Below are positions 39,101 through 48,444 of a stretch of 64,000 bases of DNA, piece by piece; within the stretch, counting starts at the first letter, position 1, and every line of letters begins with the position of its first letter. The DNA lies in assembly GCA_963663475.2 (NCBI GenBank), contig CAXXJV010000001.1, positions 1,568,001 to 1,632,000 on the forward strand, given 5' to 3'. The notes under the pieces are model-generated. The model saw nothing but the letters and a program-made list of their open reading frames with translations. It had not been told where the DNA came from and made no database searches. Both the position numbers and the translations under genes were made by a program. The stretch is from Candidatus Cloacimonadales bacterium. Its GTDB lineage: Bacteria > Cloacimonadota > Cloacimonadia > Cloacimonadales > JAFGVF01.

Positions 39101-41598
39101 GCTATCATAAGATTTTCTGTAAGAATGTTAAAATGTCCATTATCAATAATGAGTTTAGCAATAACATTTGCAAGATCAATATTAGATTGATTTTCCACAG
39201 TCACTGAAATAGTTGCTGTTTGGTCAGCTTGGAGACTAGAACCTAGCATTACCAGGTTTGTGTTGGTAATTACAAGGTTACCATTATTAACCTTAGCTAA
39301 AGCATAGAGACGTTGGCTTTGGTCGTTAGCATAATCTAAATCAAGAACAAAAGCAATTTCAGTATCATTTATAATGCTGTTATCGACACTAAAGGTAAAG
39401 TTGTTATCAAACAAAGAACTTGCATTAGCTGCTAATGTAGAGATTTCACTAGTTGATTGTCCAAGATTAATCTGGTAATTATTGATAGAAAGACTAGCTT
39501 GTACATCATTAATAGCAGTATCAGTTAAGTTCTCTATCATAAAATTAACTTCAATTACTTCACCTGCTTCGATATTTTGATTACCATTTCCTTGGGAAGC
39601 TTCTTGATTATCATCGTCTATGATTAGGGAAGTTACTCTCAAATCACTTTGACCTGCAATTTCAATATCTTCTTGATATGGGAAATAGTTGATCTTATCA
39701 ACAGTTAAAGTATAGGAAGATGCACCTTGCTCTAATTGAAGATTAGCTATACCATCTGAGTTAGTGAAAGTTTTGATGATTTCACCGCTAGGATCTGTTA
39801 AGGTAACAACTGCAGATTTTACAGTTTGATTGTTTTGGTTCTTGACAAGCACAATGAGATTATCGTTATCAGGAAAATAGTCAGCTACTTCAACATCGAA
39901 ACTATTTGCTTGTCCTGTATAAACATCAACACTTGGATCACCAATAAGATTACACCAATGAGTAAACTTCTGGACATCACTCATGTCTGATTCACTATAG
40001 ACTATGTGAGTTGTTACTTTACCAGTAAGTAAGGCCTGACCCATAGTTCTTTGACCAAGATTATAGATGCCATGGAAGATACCACCTGATAGAGAATTAT
40101 TAAAAGAAGTATGAGTAAAGGAAGTTGCCATGCCTATAGCAGTAATACCACCCTTAGGAGCAGTTTCAGTTCCTAAATTTACATAGGCTTCTGTTGTTGC
40201 AGTACTAGCAAAATTACCTGTAGCACAGGTTATAATTACAGCATGATTAAGTTTGTGTGTGTTAGTTTGACTTCCCCCTGGTGACCAATTACTCATTCCG
40301 ATATAACCACGATAAACAAAGAAGTCTATACCGTTGTTTATAGCTTGATTCATCTCAGAAACGTTAGGATCATTACCATATACTTCAGTATATTCTTGGT
40401 TTGGATTAATCATAGAAGAAATCTGTTTAACAAATTTACAGTGGTTAACAGTAGATTCTCCTGATGGCTCAGTATCAGCAACTAAGAGCATATTATTGAG
40501 GTAATCAGTATCATTAGGATTAGTAAATCCTTCATAAGACTTCATTTTCCCTACATATCTACTAAGGTTGGTAGAATTGTTCACAGACATTCTTCCGATA
40601 AAGACATCACCAATTAAATCATTACCAGCTAAATGGGTATAAGGATAGTCTCCTTCAGCATTATCAGCATAACTTGCATTATAGGTTGGTATGCCAAAAG
40701 TACCACTAACATCACCAACAAGTATAACATAGTCTGGTCTAAATTCTGTACCGTCATATAAATTTTGAATATAATTTTTAATGCCTGAGGAAGTGGATGA
40801 ACCAATGGTTCCAGTTGATACACTTCTTACATTAAAGCCCTTTTGTCTTTTAATTTCAGTATATTGTCCTAGCTTAAGTTGAAAAATCGGATCATTATTT
40901 TCTTTATGAATAAATAAAATATTAGGTGAATAATTTTCATCACCTGTTCGCTGATAATTCAAAACTGTTGCTGCATATAGTTTTTCAAAGGCTGGAGAGG
41001 CTGGTCTAACCTCTGTTATTTCATTGAAACCAAGCTCATTTGCATCACTAGAAATTTTTACAATAATCTTGTTATAAACTCTTAAAGTCTTGTTTTCTTC
41101 ATTATAGGCAAAGGGTAAAATCTGAATAGGTTTAACTCTTAAATCTCTGAGTATGAAATTATCTCCACTTGTTACAGCTTCTTGGGGAAAGAAGTCAGAA
41201 TAATTTGCCTTCTCTAGAACCCTATTTTCATAAACTAGGCCTTCTTTCTGGCTAGGGAAGATATTATCTAATTTCATTTCTGAAAAATCACTTTCAATAA
41301 TCTGGCAGGTAACCTTTCCTTGATTAGCTACTGAAATACCTGTAGCAAAAATAGGAAGATAAGGCATGCCAACTTGACTTGTGTAAGCCTGACTTGTTGT
41401 TTCAATTATATTAAAAACTTCCTTGCCAGTTTCTACTTTCTTAATAGCGTAATTTGGTAAAACAAACTCAACTACTACTTCTTTCTCATTTTCACTAACT
41501 ACTCTAAATCCATCACTTACTGCACCATTTTCTAAAGGTGCTGAAAAAAGACTTAATGACACCAAAAGTGCCATTAAGCCTAAAAATAATCCTCTCAT
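36175..41598 (-). CDS. Large C25 peptidase-family protein with propeptide, Ig-like domains and T9SS-type CTD
   Basis: YVILVGD, DYPY, DVFIGRMS, YRGY, IITC and NLIGDPS motifs; NYPNPFNP CTD. Confidence 0.87.
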   Translation of the reverse strand: MRGLFLGLMALLVSLSLFSAPLENGAVSDGFRVVSENEKEVVVEFVLPNYAIKKVETGKEVFNIIETTSQAYTSQVGMPYLPIFATGISVANQGKVTCQIIESDFSEMKLDNIFPSQKEGLVYENRVLEKANYSDFFPQEAVTSGDNFILRDLRVKPIQILPFAYNEENKTLRVYNKIIVKISSDANELGFNEITEVRPASPAFEKLYAATVLNYQRTGDENYSPNILFIHKENNDPIFQLKLGQYTEIKRQKGFNVRSVSTGTIGSSTSSGIKNYIQNLYDGTEFRPDYVILVGDVSGTFGIPTYNASYADNAEGDYPYTHLAGNDLIGDVFIGRMSVNNSTNLSRYVGKMKSYEGFTNPNDTDYLNNMLLVADTEPSGESTVNHCKFVKQISSMINPNQEYTEVYGNDPNVSEMNQAINNGIDFFVYRGYIGMSNWSPGGSQTNTHKLNHAVIITCATGNFASTATTEAYVNLGTETAPKGGITAIGMATSFTHTSFNNSLSGGIFHGIYNLGQRTMGQALLTGKVTTHIVYSESDMSDVQKFTHWCNLIGDPSVDVYTGQANSFDVEVADYFPDNDNLIVLVKNQNNQTVKSAVVTLTDPSGEIIKTFTNSDGIANLQLEQGASSYTLTVDKINYFPYQEDIEIAGQSDLRVTSLIIDDDNQEASQGNGNQNIEAGEVIEVNFMIENLTDTAINDVQASLSINNYQINLGQSTSEISTLAANASSLFDNNFTFSVDNSIINDTEIAFVLDLDYANDQSQRLYALAKVNNGNLVITNTNLVMLGSSLQADQTATISVTVENQSNIDLANVIAKLIIDNGHFNILTENLMIASLASNQSQTLDFQISSAIDMFPGMTTECILKLDNEVNFYQEAQFPITFGENGNTSPLGPDMFGYVIYDSNDLDYPDCPSYEWIEIAPSNGGSGTELDIYDPDAQGEGDGVGSNSTDTVDLPFQFIYYGQAYNQITVCSNGFISFGANSNGEFRNWRLPGALGPNGMIAPFWDDMHMNDNSGIYTYFDSQEDYFVIQWDEMINGSANNPAEETFQLILYNPQRYASSLNQGTAKIQYKVFNNVDNGNPGSYTPWHGNYASIGIESPCGTMGLEYSYNQNYPAGAHELEDGMALFITTKPVLLLEPNINIYDLTIVEEVEDNIYQVGEDIRVGVALLNTAITPLENTSATITCSDPRVTILNDHSLFEDLIMDQAVYSREYFTFELNEDMSNGEIITLNMEIAGDNSYRFYKEINLTISKATFTSENVIINDYQETGNNNFIPEAGEEISIAWDIRNSGLVDGYLDNVSIECSNPNINLLNSSYEDIRLRPASLQQIVFKGLISANASENEIFEFSLIASQGGQEILNQDYTMVLNTSEMVIDFEDQVSPITLQSPWEIGTSTFTSGHNGDNLLATSLNSYYPDNISAIAWTDYIDVNPATTFNFWHIYEIESNYDGGRVIAQVEGDNYSTILQPQSGYPTQNVSALGGPGFSGGINSWTQVNMLLPEDLHGQSVKFGFVFASDFMVSEDGWFIDDIVIGGAVQESFVFTGNLSLNGGSGQANLVDITISDYTLSPQSEGNYKAILPLASYEVLYNLAGYRNASLPLFNINSNQLVNHDLSLNYLNSPANLAHTLQDSILSLNWDYEEDTDDELSYFILEEKINTGEWQELAQVTDSPHTHVLPKADIYSYRLRAVYQEDLSNLSNIVVVDYMTGTDNEINDVNMVTKLHGNYPNPFNPVTNIAYSIAKGTNVKLKIYNLKGQLVKDLLNEYKARGNHKTIWNGRNNQNRPVSSGIYFIRIETDDYTKTSKAILMK

Positions 41599-41625
41599 CT
41601 ACTCCATCCTTACATATTTGTTAAT

Positions 41626-42672
41626 TTATCTTTCTATATCAAAAATAACTAAGCCCTCATCTCGTGTTGCTACATAAACTCGGTTATTATTATCAATTTT
41701 TACATTATTTGTATATCCTGTAGAAGTTTCTCTTTCTAAGAATTTTATGTTAGTTGGGTCTGTTATATCGAAAACATACAAATTACCACCACCTGATGCT
41801 AAAACACAGTAAGAATCATTAACATCTAAATTTTGAGCATAACCAGTAGTGTCATAATTATAGACTTCAACTGGATTGAAGATATCAGAAACATCATAGA
41901 CATAGAGTCCAGTTTGACGAGTTGCAACATAAGCATAATTATCTTTAATTGTGATTCTAAGAGCTGAACCTGGGGTGTCAAACTCAGTAATAATCTCATG
42001 AGATTCTAAATCAGAGATGAATACTCCACGTTGTCCACATGCAACAAACATATAATTATCAGTTTTGTAAGCCCCGTTAGTTTTGGCAGGATAATTAAAT
42101 TCAAAATCTGTTCCTAAAGTCTCAATTCCACTAGTATAGGTATTCCAACCAACTTCTTTAACCTGATAACCATTAACAAAGAAACCTCTAGCAGTGTATT
42201 CTTGGTATGGTGGAAGTGGATTTGGATCTTCATAAGGGAAGAGTTCAATCTGTCTGATAGCAAAAGTTCCACCTGTAACAGAAGAAATAATTTTTAAAGT
42301 ATCAATTTCATTAATATCTACAATACGATAGGAATCAGCTTCTTTTTCTTCAGTAAAGAGTAAAAAACCTAAATCTTCAACAAGATTTATTCTTCTGTTT
42401 CTTCCTAAATTAAGAACTGAATTATCATCACCAACAATTTGTGTGTGCCAGTTTCTTTCAAAAGTATTCTTATCAATAACTGAAAGTCCAGCATCATATT
42501 CAGCTACAGCAATGTAACTTTCTGAATAATCAATCCCAATCGCATCACCATTTAGAGGTATGCGGGTTACTTCTTTGAGAACACTTTCAGATGTTTCCGT
42601 AGGATCACTAGCCTTAGCACATCCTACTAATACAAGTGTTATTAATATACATAAATAAACAATTCGTCTCAA
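41626..42672 (-). CDS. LVIVD-repeat beta-propeller lipoprotein
   Basis: GGAGG RBS plus TTG start; lipobox LVGC; repeats such as DTPGSA...YAYVA...GLYVYDVSD. Confidence 0.85.
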   Translation of the reverse strand: MRRIVYLCILITLVLVGCAKASDPTETSESVLKEVTRIPLNGDAIGIDYSESYIAVAEYDAGLSVIDKNTFERNWHTQIVGDDNSVLNLGRNRRINLVEDLGFLLFTEEKEADSYRIVDINEIDTLKIISSVTGGTFAIRQIELFPYEDPNPLPPYQEYTARGFFVNGYQVKEVGWNTYTSGIETLGTDFEFNYPAKTNGAYKTDNYMFVACGQRGVFISDLESHEIITEFDTPGSALRITIKDNYAYVATRQTGLYVYDVSDIFNPVEVYNYDTTGYAQNLDVNDSYCVLASGGGNLYVFDITDPTNIKFLERETSTGYTNNVKIDNNNRVYVATRDEGLVIFDIER

Positions 42673-43086
42673 TTAGAGCCTCCAAAATATAATTTTTCTA
42701 CTAGTATAATTTATGCAATTTGTATTCCATTACTACTAGTAGAGAGAAATTAGAGTAGATCTTTTGTGGAAAATTGCTCAGAGAAGAAAATCAAATTCGA
42801 TAAGGTTTTGTTTTCTAGCACTACTTGGGATAATGATTCACTGGCAAGATAAACATGAATAATAATACTAATAAATTAACATATGTTCAAAATACATGTG
42901 AGAATCATTAATAATACTCCAATTTAAAAGAAATAATAAATTTTTATAATATAGATAAAGCTTTATGTGTTAGACTTTTAGGATAGCTAATCTAAATTTC
43001 AAGAAAAAAGAGTGAAAAAAATATTTGTTTATGAACTAATGTTCATTATATTTACTTATCATAAAGAAAGAATAAAGGAGAATAAT

Positions 43087-43254
43087 ATGCCAAACGGAGA
43101 TAAAACAGGTCCTCAAGGAAAAGGACCAAGAACTGGTAGAGGCTTAGGACAGTCTATTGGAAACAAGAGTGGTAGAGACCAAGAAAATGGAAATTCAAGA
43201 GGTCAAGCTACTGGTAGAGGTATGGGACAGGGCAGAGGAAATAGAAGGCCCTAA
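43087..43254 (+). CDS. DUF5320-like Gly/Arg-rich small protein
   Basis: AAGGAG RBS; MPNGDKTGPQGKGPRTGRGLG. Confidence 0.8.
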   Translation: MPNGDKTGPQGKGPRTGRGLGQSIGNKSGRDQENGNSRGQATGRGMGQGRGNRRP

Positions 43255-43315
43255 CTAATAATATGTGGTAGATTAGGCTAGAAGTTATCCTAGCTGAATC
43301 TACTGCACCATTCGG
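43255..43315. repeat. Degenerate hairpin copy of the CCC...GGG family
   Basis: GTAGATT...AATCTACTGCACCATTCGG matches the family right end. Confidence 0.55.
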
Positions 43316-43354
43316 TTTAATAAGATAATCAAAAACAAGTAAAGGAAGTGGAAG

Positions 43355-43753
43355 ATGGACACTTTAAGATTAGCTATTGCAAGTAACGATGGACTAGGTT
43401 TGAATAAAGAGCATTTTGGTGATTCTCACTATTATTATATTTATGAAGTTAATGAGAATGACTATAAGTTTATTAAAAGAATTTCTAATCAAGCAAAGAA
43501 TATTATTGAGGAGAAACATGCAGATCCGCTAAAAGCTGGGGGAGTAACCAAAGTTTTGCAGGAGCATAATATTCAGCTTGTAGGATCTGGAGTATTTGGA
43601 CCTAACATTAAAAGGATTAACAAGAAGTTTGTTTGTATTCTCTTTGGTAAAGGACAGCTAGAAGACAACTTATCTAAGGTTGTTCTCAACTTTGCAGAAA
43701 TCAATAAAAAGTGGTTAGAGGGAGAAGATAGACAGCATTTACGCCTTGATTAG
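43355..43753 (+). CDS. NifB/NifX (FeMo-cofactor-binding fold) family protein
   Basis: RLAIAS..G, EHFG and FGPN motifs. Confidence 0.8.
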   Translation: MDTLRLAIASNDGLGLNKEHFGDSHYYYIYEVNENDYKFIKRISNQAKNIIEEKHADPLKAGGVTKVLQEHNIQLVGSGVFGPNIKRINKKFVCILFGKGQLEDNLSKVVLNFAEINKKWLEGEDRQHLRLD

Positions 43754-43799
43754 TTTTATTATTATAAATAAAGAATATTATAAAAAGGAAATAACAATA

Positions 43800-45164
43800 A
43801 TGGAAAAGTATGATGTATTAGTTATTGGAGGTGGACCAGCAGGGGTTACACTAGCCAAATTATTAGGAAAGCAAAAACGGGTAGCTATTATTAGACCAGA
43901 GGATTACAGCATGATTTATTGTGCTATGCCTTATGCAGTGGAAGGTATTATTGATATTGAAAAGACTTTTAAGAAAGATTCAATTGTCACAGATGCAGGA
44001 GCAGATTTAATAAGATCGTCTGTTAGTAAGGTTGATTTTTCCAAGAAAGAAGTTTATACTGAAGCTGGCGAGATATTCACTTATGATAAACTAGTTATTG
44101 CTACAGGGGCTAACCCCTTCATTCCCAATATTCCAGGGGCTGATTTAGAGGGAATTACAGGTTTCAAAACTGAAAAAAATATGCGTCTCATAATGGATAA
44201 TATTAATCAGGGTTTGGAAAGAGCAGTAGTTATAGGTGCTGGAGCAATTGGTATAGAATTAGCCTTGTCTTTGAATCAGAAGGGCTTGACGGTTGATTTA
44301 GTTGATATGGCTACAACATTACTTCCAAATTTATTGGATCCTGAGATGTCTGAATTAATTTATGAAGAAGTAATTAGACAGGGGATAAATGTTCATCTTC
44401 AAGCAAGAGTAGAAGAACTAAAAGGGAAACAATATGTCCAGCAAGTGCATCTAAATAATGGGCAAATCATTCATTTTGATTCTATTGAAGATTGTAATAT
44501 CACCAATAAAGAAGAGTTTAAAGGAATGGTAATCTTTGCTACAGGTATGAAGGCACATGTTGATTTATTTGCAGAAACTAGCTTAGAAGTAGGCAAGGAT
44601 GGAATAATTGTTAATGATAAGATGGAAACAAACATAGAAGATGTATATGCAGTAGGTGACTGCACTGAGTTTTATAGTGGAATTACAGCAAGAAGGGTTT
44701 CTGGTAAATTAGCAACTAATGCAGTCCCAATGGCTAAGGTCTTAGGATTTAATTTATTAGGGCAGTCAAGAAGCTACAGTGGTTTCTACAATGGAGCTGC
44801 AACCAAAGCTGGCAAATATTTCGTAGGGGGAACTGGCTTGTCTGAAAGGATTGCGAAAGATGCAGGTTATGATATAGTAACTGCCTATAGCGAAGTAACA
44901 TCTAAGTTTCCTATAATGCCTGGTGCTAAGAAAATTCATCTTAAACTGATAGTGGAGAAAGCAAGTAAAAGACTTTTAGGTGCCCAGCTTCTAGCTGAAG
45001 AACCAGTAACAGATAAAATTGATACTCTAACCTTAGCTATTCAAAACAAATTTACAGTTGAGCAACTAAGCCAGCTAAGTTATTCTTCTCAACCATACCA
45101 AAGCTATTATCCAGCTGCCAACTTGCTAGTTTTAGCTGCTGAAGAAGCGCTTAAACCCAAATAA
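43800..45164 (+). CDS. FAD-dependent NADH oxidase/CoA-disulfide reductase-like protein
   Basis: GGGPAG, YCAMPY, ATG, GAGAIG and YAVGD motifs. The ATG at 43800 follows AAGGA. Confidence 0.88.
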   Translation: MEKYDVLVIGGGPAGVTLAKLLGKQKRVAIIRPEDYSMIYCAMPYAVEGIIDIEKTFKKDSIVTDAGADLIRSSVSKVDFSKKEVYTEAGEIFTYDKLVIATGANPFIPNIPGADLEGITGFKTEKNMRLIMDNINQGLERAVVIGAGAIGIELALSLNQKGLTVDLVDMATTLLPNLLDPEMSELIYEEVIRQGINVHLQARVEELKGKQYVQQVHLNNGQIIHFDSIEDCNITNKEEFKGMVIFATGMKAHVDLFAETSLEVGKDGIIVNDKMETNIEDVYAVGDCTEFYSGITARRVSGKLATNAVPMAKVLGFNLLGQSRSYSGFYNGAATKAGKYFVGGTGLSERIAKDAGYDIVTAYSEVTSKFPIMPGAKKIHLKLIVEKASKRLLGAQLLAEEPVTDKIDTLTLAIQNKFTVEQLSQLSYSSQPYQSYYPAANLLVLAAEEALKPK

Positions 45165-45316
45165 TGCAGTAGACCTTTGTGAATAGCACTATATTCTTCT
45201 GCAAAAGTAACTTCCATAATTTCTCCGAATATATAAATTATATGCGTCAAAATTCTGTAAGCTATTTTGCTAGAATAATCTGCACTCTTCACTAAAGCTC
45301 TACTACACTATCTGGG
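45156..45316. mobile_element. 161-bp MITE, CCC...GGG family
   Basis: Terminal inverted repeats plus a TTAAA direct repeat; supplies the stop codon of the upstream gene. Confidence 0.9.
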
Positions 45317-45360
45317 TTAAAAAAATATCATAGAAATTCTTTACATCTCAGATAAATAAT

Positions 45361-45417
45361 CCCAAAGAATGCAGTAGTTTTTTGCCAATAATGCTAAATT
45401 CTACTGCATCATTAGGG
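45361..45417. repeat. 57-bp hairpin derivative of the CCC...GGG family
   Basis: CCCAAAGAATGCAGTAG...CTACTGCATCATTAGGG. Confidence 0.65.
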
Positions 45418-45419
45418 AT

Positions 45420-45470
45420 GAAAACCTGAACTATAAGATTTCAAGTAAGATCTTAAGTTCAGGTTTCTTT
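45420..45470. terminator. Hairpin between convergent operons
   Basis: AAACCTGAACT...AGTTCAGGTTT. Confidence 0.6.
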
Positions 45471-45486
45471 CTACTTGTAATATAGA

Positions 45487-46383
45487 CTATTTGAGCTTTC
45501 CCTTTATTTTGTCTAGGGAAAGATTGTATTTAGCAAAATGCTTACTTAAATCATTAACAATATTTTCAGTTATACTTGGATTATAGAAATTTGCAGTACC
45601 TATGGCAACTAAAGAAGCACCAGCATAGATAAATTCTAAGACATCAAGATAAGTTTCTGCTCCACCCATAGCAAGTATAGGAATATCTACAGCTTGGGCT
45701 ACCCTATAGACATTTGCAAGGGCCACAGGTTTAATAGCAGAACCTGAATAACCACATAATCTTCTCTTTATTCTGGATTTACCAGTCATTGGATCAATAG
45801 CCATTCCTAAGAGAGTATTAATCAAAGCTAAAGAATCTGCTCCACCTTCCTTAGCTGCTTGAGCTATCTCTAATATATTAGTAACGTTAGGTGTTAACTT
45901 AATAATCAATTCTTTATCTGTTAGCTTTCTTAGTTTTGCGGTCAAGTCTTTAACAACTTTTGCATCAACCCCAAAGGCTATTCCTTCATTTTCTACATTA
46001 GGACAAGAAACATTGACTTCATAACCAGCAATTGATTTGACACTTTCTAACCTGCTAAGAACTTGGACAAACTCCTCTTGAGTAGAACCTGAAAAAGAGA
46101 CTATTAAGGGAGTATCATATTTATCATAATAAGGAATAGTCTCAGTGATAAATTTCTCAACACCAGGGTTTTGCAGTCCAATTGAGTTTAATAATCCCCA
46201 CTCAGTTTCATATAGTCGGGGAGAAGGATTACCAGCTTTTCTTTCCTTGGTAATAGTCTTAGTAACAATTGCTCCTAGCTTATTGAAATCAACATAGTCA
46301 CTCATTTCCTGACCAAAGGTGCCTGACGCAGTTGTTATAGGATTCCTAAACTCTAACTTATTAAGCTTAGTCTTTAGATTCAT
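45487..46383 (-). CDS. pyrD: Dihydroorotate dehydrogenase (family 1B) catalytic subunit
   Basis: ASGTFG, NSIGLQNPG, EVNVSCPN and KLTPN motifs; TAATG overlap with pyrK. Confidence 0.95.
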   Translation of the reverse strand: MNLKTKLNKLEFRNPITTASGTFGQEMSDYVDFNKLGAIVTKTITKERKAGNPSPRLYETEWGLLNSIGLQNPGVEKFITETIPYYDKYDTPLIVSFSGSTQEEFVQVLSRLESVKSIAGYEVNVSCPNVENEGIAFGVDAKVVKDLTAKLRKLTDKELIIKLTPNVTNILEIAQAAKEGGADSLALINTLLGMAIDPMTGKSRIKRRLCGYSGSAIKPVALANVYRVAQAVDIPILAMGGAETYLDVLEFIYAGASLVAIGTANFYNPSITENIVNDLSKHFAKYNLSLDKIKGKLK

Positions 46384-47129
46384 TAGTCTTGCTCCCATAC
46401 TATCTCTTGTGCATTAAAAACAGGTCCATCTTTACAAACTCTTTTATACAAAGGTTGAGAATCAGCAGATACCACTTCTACAGCACAACCATAGCAAACT
46501 CCAATCCCACAAGCCATATACTCTTCCAAGGATACTTCTAAGGGAATAGAATAATCATTGAGAATTTTAGCAACTGCCTTGAGCATAGGGTTTGGACCAC
46601 AACTATAAGCTATGTCAAATTTCTGATTCTTAAGTATATCAACTAAATCTGAAGTAACTAATCCCTTTTCTCCCACAGAACCATCTTCAGTGTAGGGATG
46701 GTCACAAGGGAAAATATCAGACTCGCATCTTCCACCATGAATCCATGTAACTTGGCAATTAATCAGTTTATCTTTTAAAAACCGGAGGGGAGGATAACCA
46801 ACTCCTCCGGAGATTAGTAGGACTGTTTTGTTTTTTGCAAGGGTAAAAGTATTTCCAAGTGGACCTAGTATGTCTAGTTCCATGTTTGCTTTAGCTTGAG
46901 CTAAGATTCTTGTTCCTTGACCTAAAATCTTGATAAAGAGGGTAAAAGAAGTTTCATCAGCTTGATAGACGCTGATAGGAATACCTAGTCTTTGTCCAGG
47001 AACTTCCTGAGCCAGCTTTACTGTTACAAACTGACCTGGTTGAAAGTCTGCCTCTATCCCTTCTTTACTAAATTTTAAGAGGTAATAATCTTTATTTAAT
47101 CTTGTGTTTTCTAATAATCTAACTTTCAT
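46383..47129 (-). CDS. pyrK: Dihydroorotate dehydrogenase electron transfer subunit
   Basis: GPLGN, GGVG, CGPNPM and MACGIGVCYGC...VCKDGPVF motifs. Confidence 0.93.
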   Translation of the reverse strand: MKVRLLENTRLNKDYYLLKFSKEGIEADFQPGQFVTVKLAQEVPGQRLGIPISVYQADETSFTLFIKILGQGTRILAQAKANMELDILGPLGNTFTLAKNKTVLLISGGVGYPPLRFLKDKLINCQVTWIHGGRCESDIFPCDHPYTEDGSVGEKGLVTSDLVDILKNQKFDIAYSCGPNPMLKAVAKILNDYSIPLEVSLEEYMACGIGVCYGCAVEVVSADSQPLYKRVCKDGPVFNAQEIVWEQD

Positions 47130-47155
47130 CTGAATTAATCCTATCCCTAATTAAA

Positions 47156-48436
47156 CTAATTACTAGCATCTGCTTGCCAGGTAATTCTGCCTTCACAGAT
47201 AGTATATTCAATTTTTCCTTTAAGTGTTTGATTTATATAAGGGGTGTTGATAGACTTAGAAAGCATGTTATCGTTAGTAAATGAAATATCAGCATCTAAA
47301 TCAATAATATTTAAATCAGCTAAATAGCCTTCTTGGATTTTTCCAGTTTTGATTCCTAAGAATTGAGCTGGTTTCTCGCTCATTGCTTTTACAAGACAAG
47401 GTAAATCAAGAACTTCTTCTTTAAGTAAGAAGGTATTTAAAGAAGCAAATGCAGTCTCAAAACCATTAATTCCAAATGGTGCAATATTATACTCTCTTTC
47501 TTTTTCGTAGTCTGAATGAGGAGCATGATCTGTTGCTATATAATCTATAGTTCCATCTTTCAAACCTGCAATACAAGCTAGTCTGTCTGCTTCTCTTCTG
47601 AGAGGTGGTTTAACTTTAGTGTTTGTATCAAAACCATAGACAGCATCTTCGTTCATAGTTAAATGATGAGGGGTAACTTCACAAGTAATAGCAACTCCAT
47701 CCGCCTTAGCTTTTCTGACTAACTCAATACCTTTAGAGGTTGAAATATGAGCAATGTGTAATCTAACTCCAATACTTTCTGCTAACATAATATCACGAGC
47801 AATAATGATTTCTTCTGCTAAACCAGGAATACCACCAAGTCCTAGCTGACTTGATATCTTACCTGCATTAACTAAACCAGAACCTGCTAAATTATAATCT
47901 TCAGCATGAACAATTACTGGTAGGTCAAAATTGTAAGCATATTTCATACAATTTTGAGCAAGTTTAGCATTTTGTACACATCCTCCATCATCAGAAACAG
48001 CTACTATTCCACCTTCTTTCATTATTGCATATTCAGAGATTTCTTTGCCTTCTGAACCCTTAGTCATTGCTCCAATTACTTTAACTTTACACTTTCCTAA
48101 ATCAGCTGCTTTCCTTTGGATATATTCAACAGTAGCAATATTATCAACAACAGGATAGGTATTTGGCATAGCACAGATAGTTGTGAAACCACCTTTGGCT
48201 GCAGCTGCTGTACCTGTTACTATATCTTCTTTATGAGTCTGACCAGGATCTCTAAGATGAGCATGTAAATCGATAAATCCTGGAAGTAGAACCTTATTTT
48301 CAGCATCAATAATCTTGTCTGCTGGCTCTTGGATTACATCTGCAATTTGGATAATTTCTTTATCTTCAATTAAAATATCTTTTTGTACAAGTTGACCATC
48401 AATAAAAGCTTTTCCATTAGTAATTAATATTCGCAT
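47156..48436 (-). CDS. pyrC: Dihydroorotase
   Basis: DLHAHLRDPG, MPNT, EVTPHH and ATDHAPH motifs. Confidence 0.95.
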   Translation of the reverse strand: MRILITNGKAFIDGQLVQKDILIEDKEIIQIADVIQEPADKIIDAENKVLLPGFIDLHAHLRDPGQTHKEDIVTGTAAAAKGGFTTICAMPNTYPVVDNIATVEYIQRKAADLGKCKVKVIGAMTKGSEGKEISEYAIMKEGGIVAVSDDGGCVQNAKLAQNCMKYAYNFDLPVIVHAEDYNLAGSGLVNAGKISSQLGLGGIPGLAEEIIIARDIMLAESIGVRLHIAHISTSKGIELVRKAKADGVAITCEVTPHHLTMNEDAVYGFDTNTKVKPPLRREADRLACIAGLKDGTIDYIATDHAPHSDYEKEREYNIAPFGINGFETAFASLNTFLLKEEVLDLPCLVKAMSEKPAQFLGIKTGKIQEGYLADLNIIDLDADISFTNDNMLSKSINTPYINQTLKGKIEYTICEGRITWQADASN

Positions 48437-48444
48437 GTTTCCTC

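Noticed and set aside
42690..42920. Small minus-strand ORF after a GGAG motif
   Set aside because: The ATG-initiated frames close within about 12 codons.
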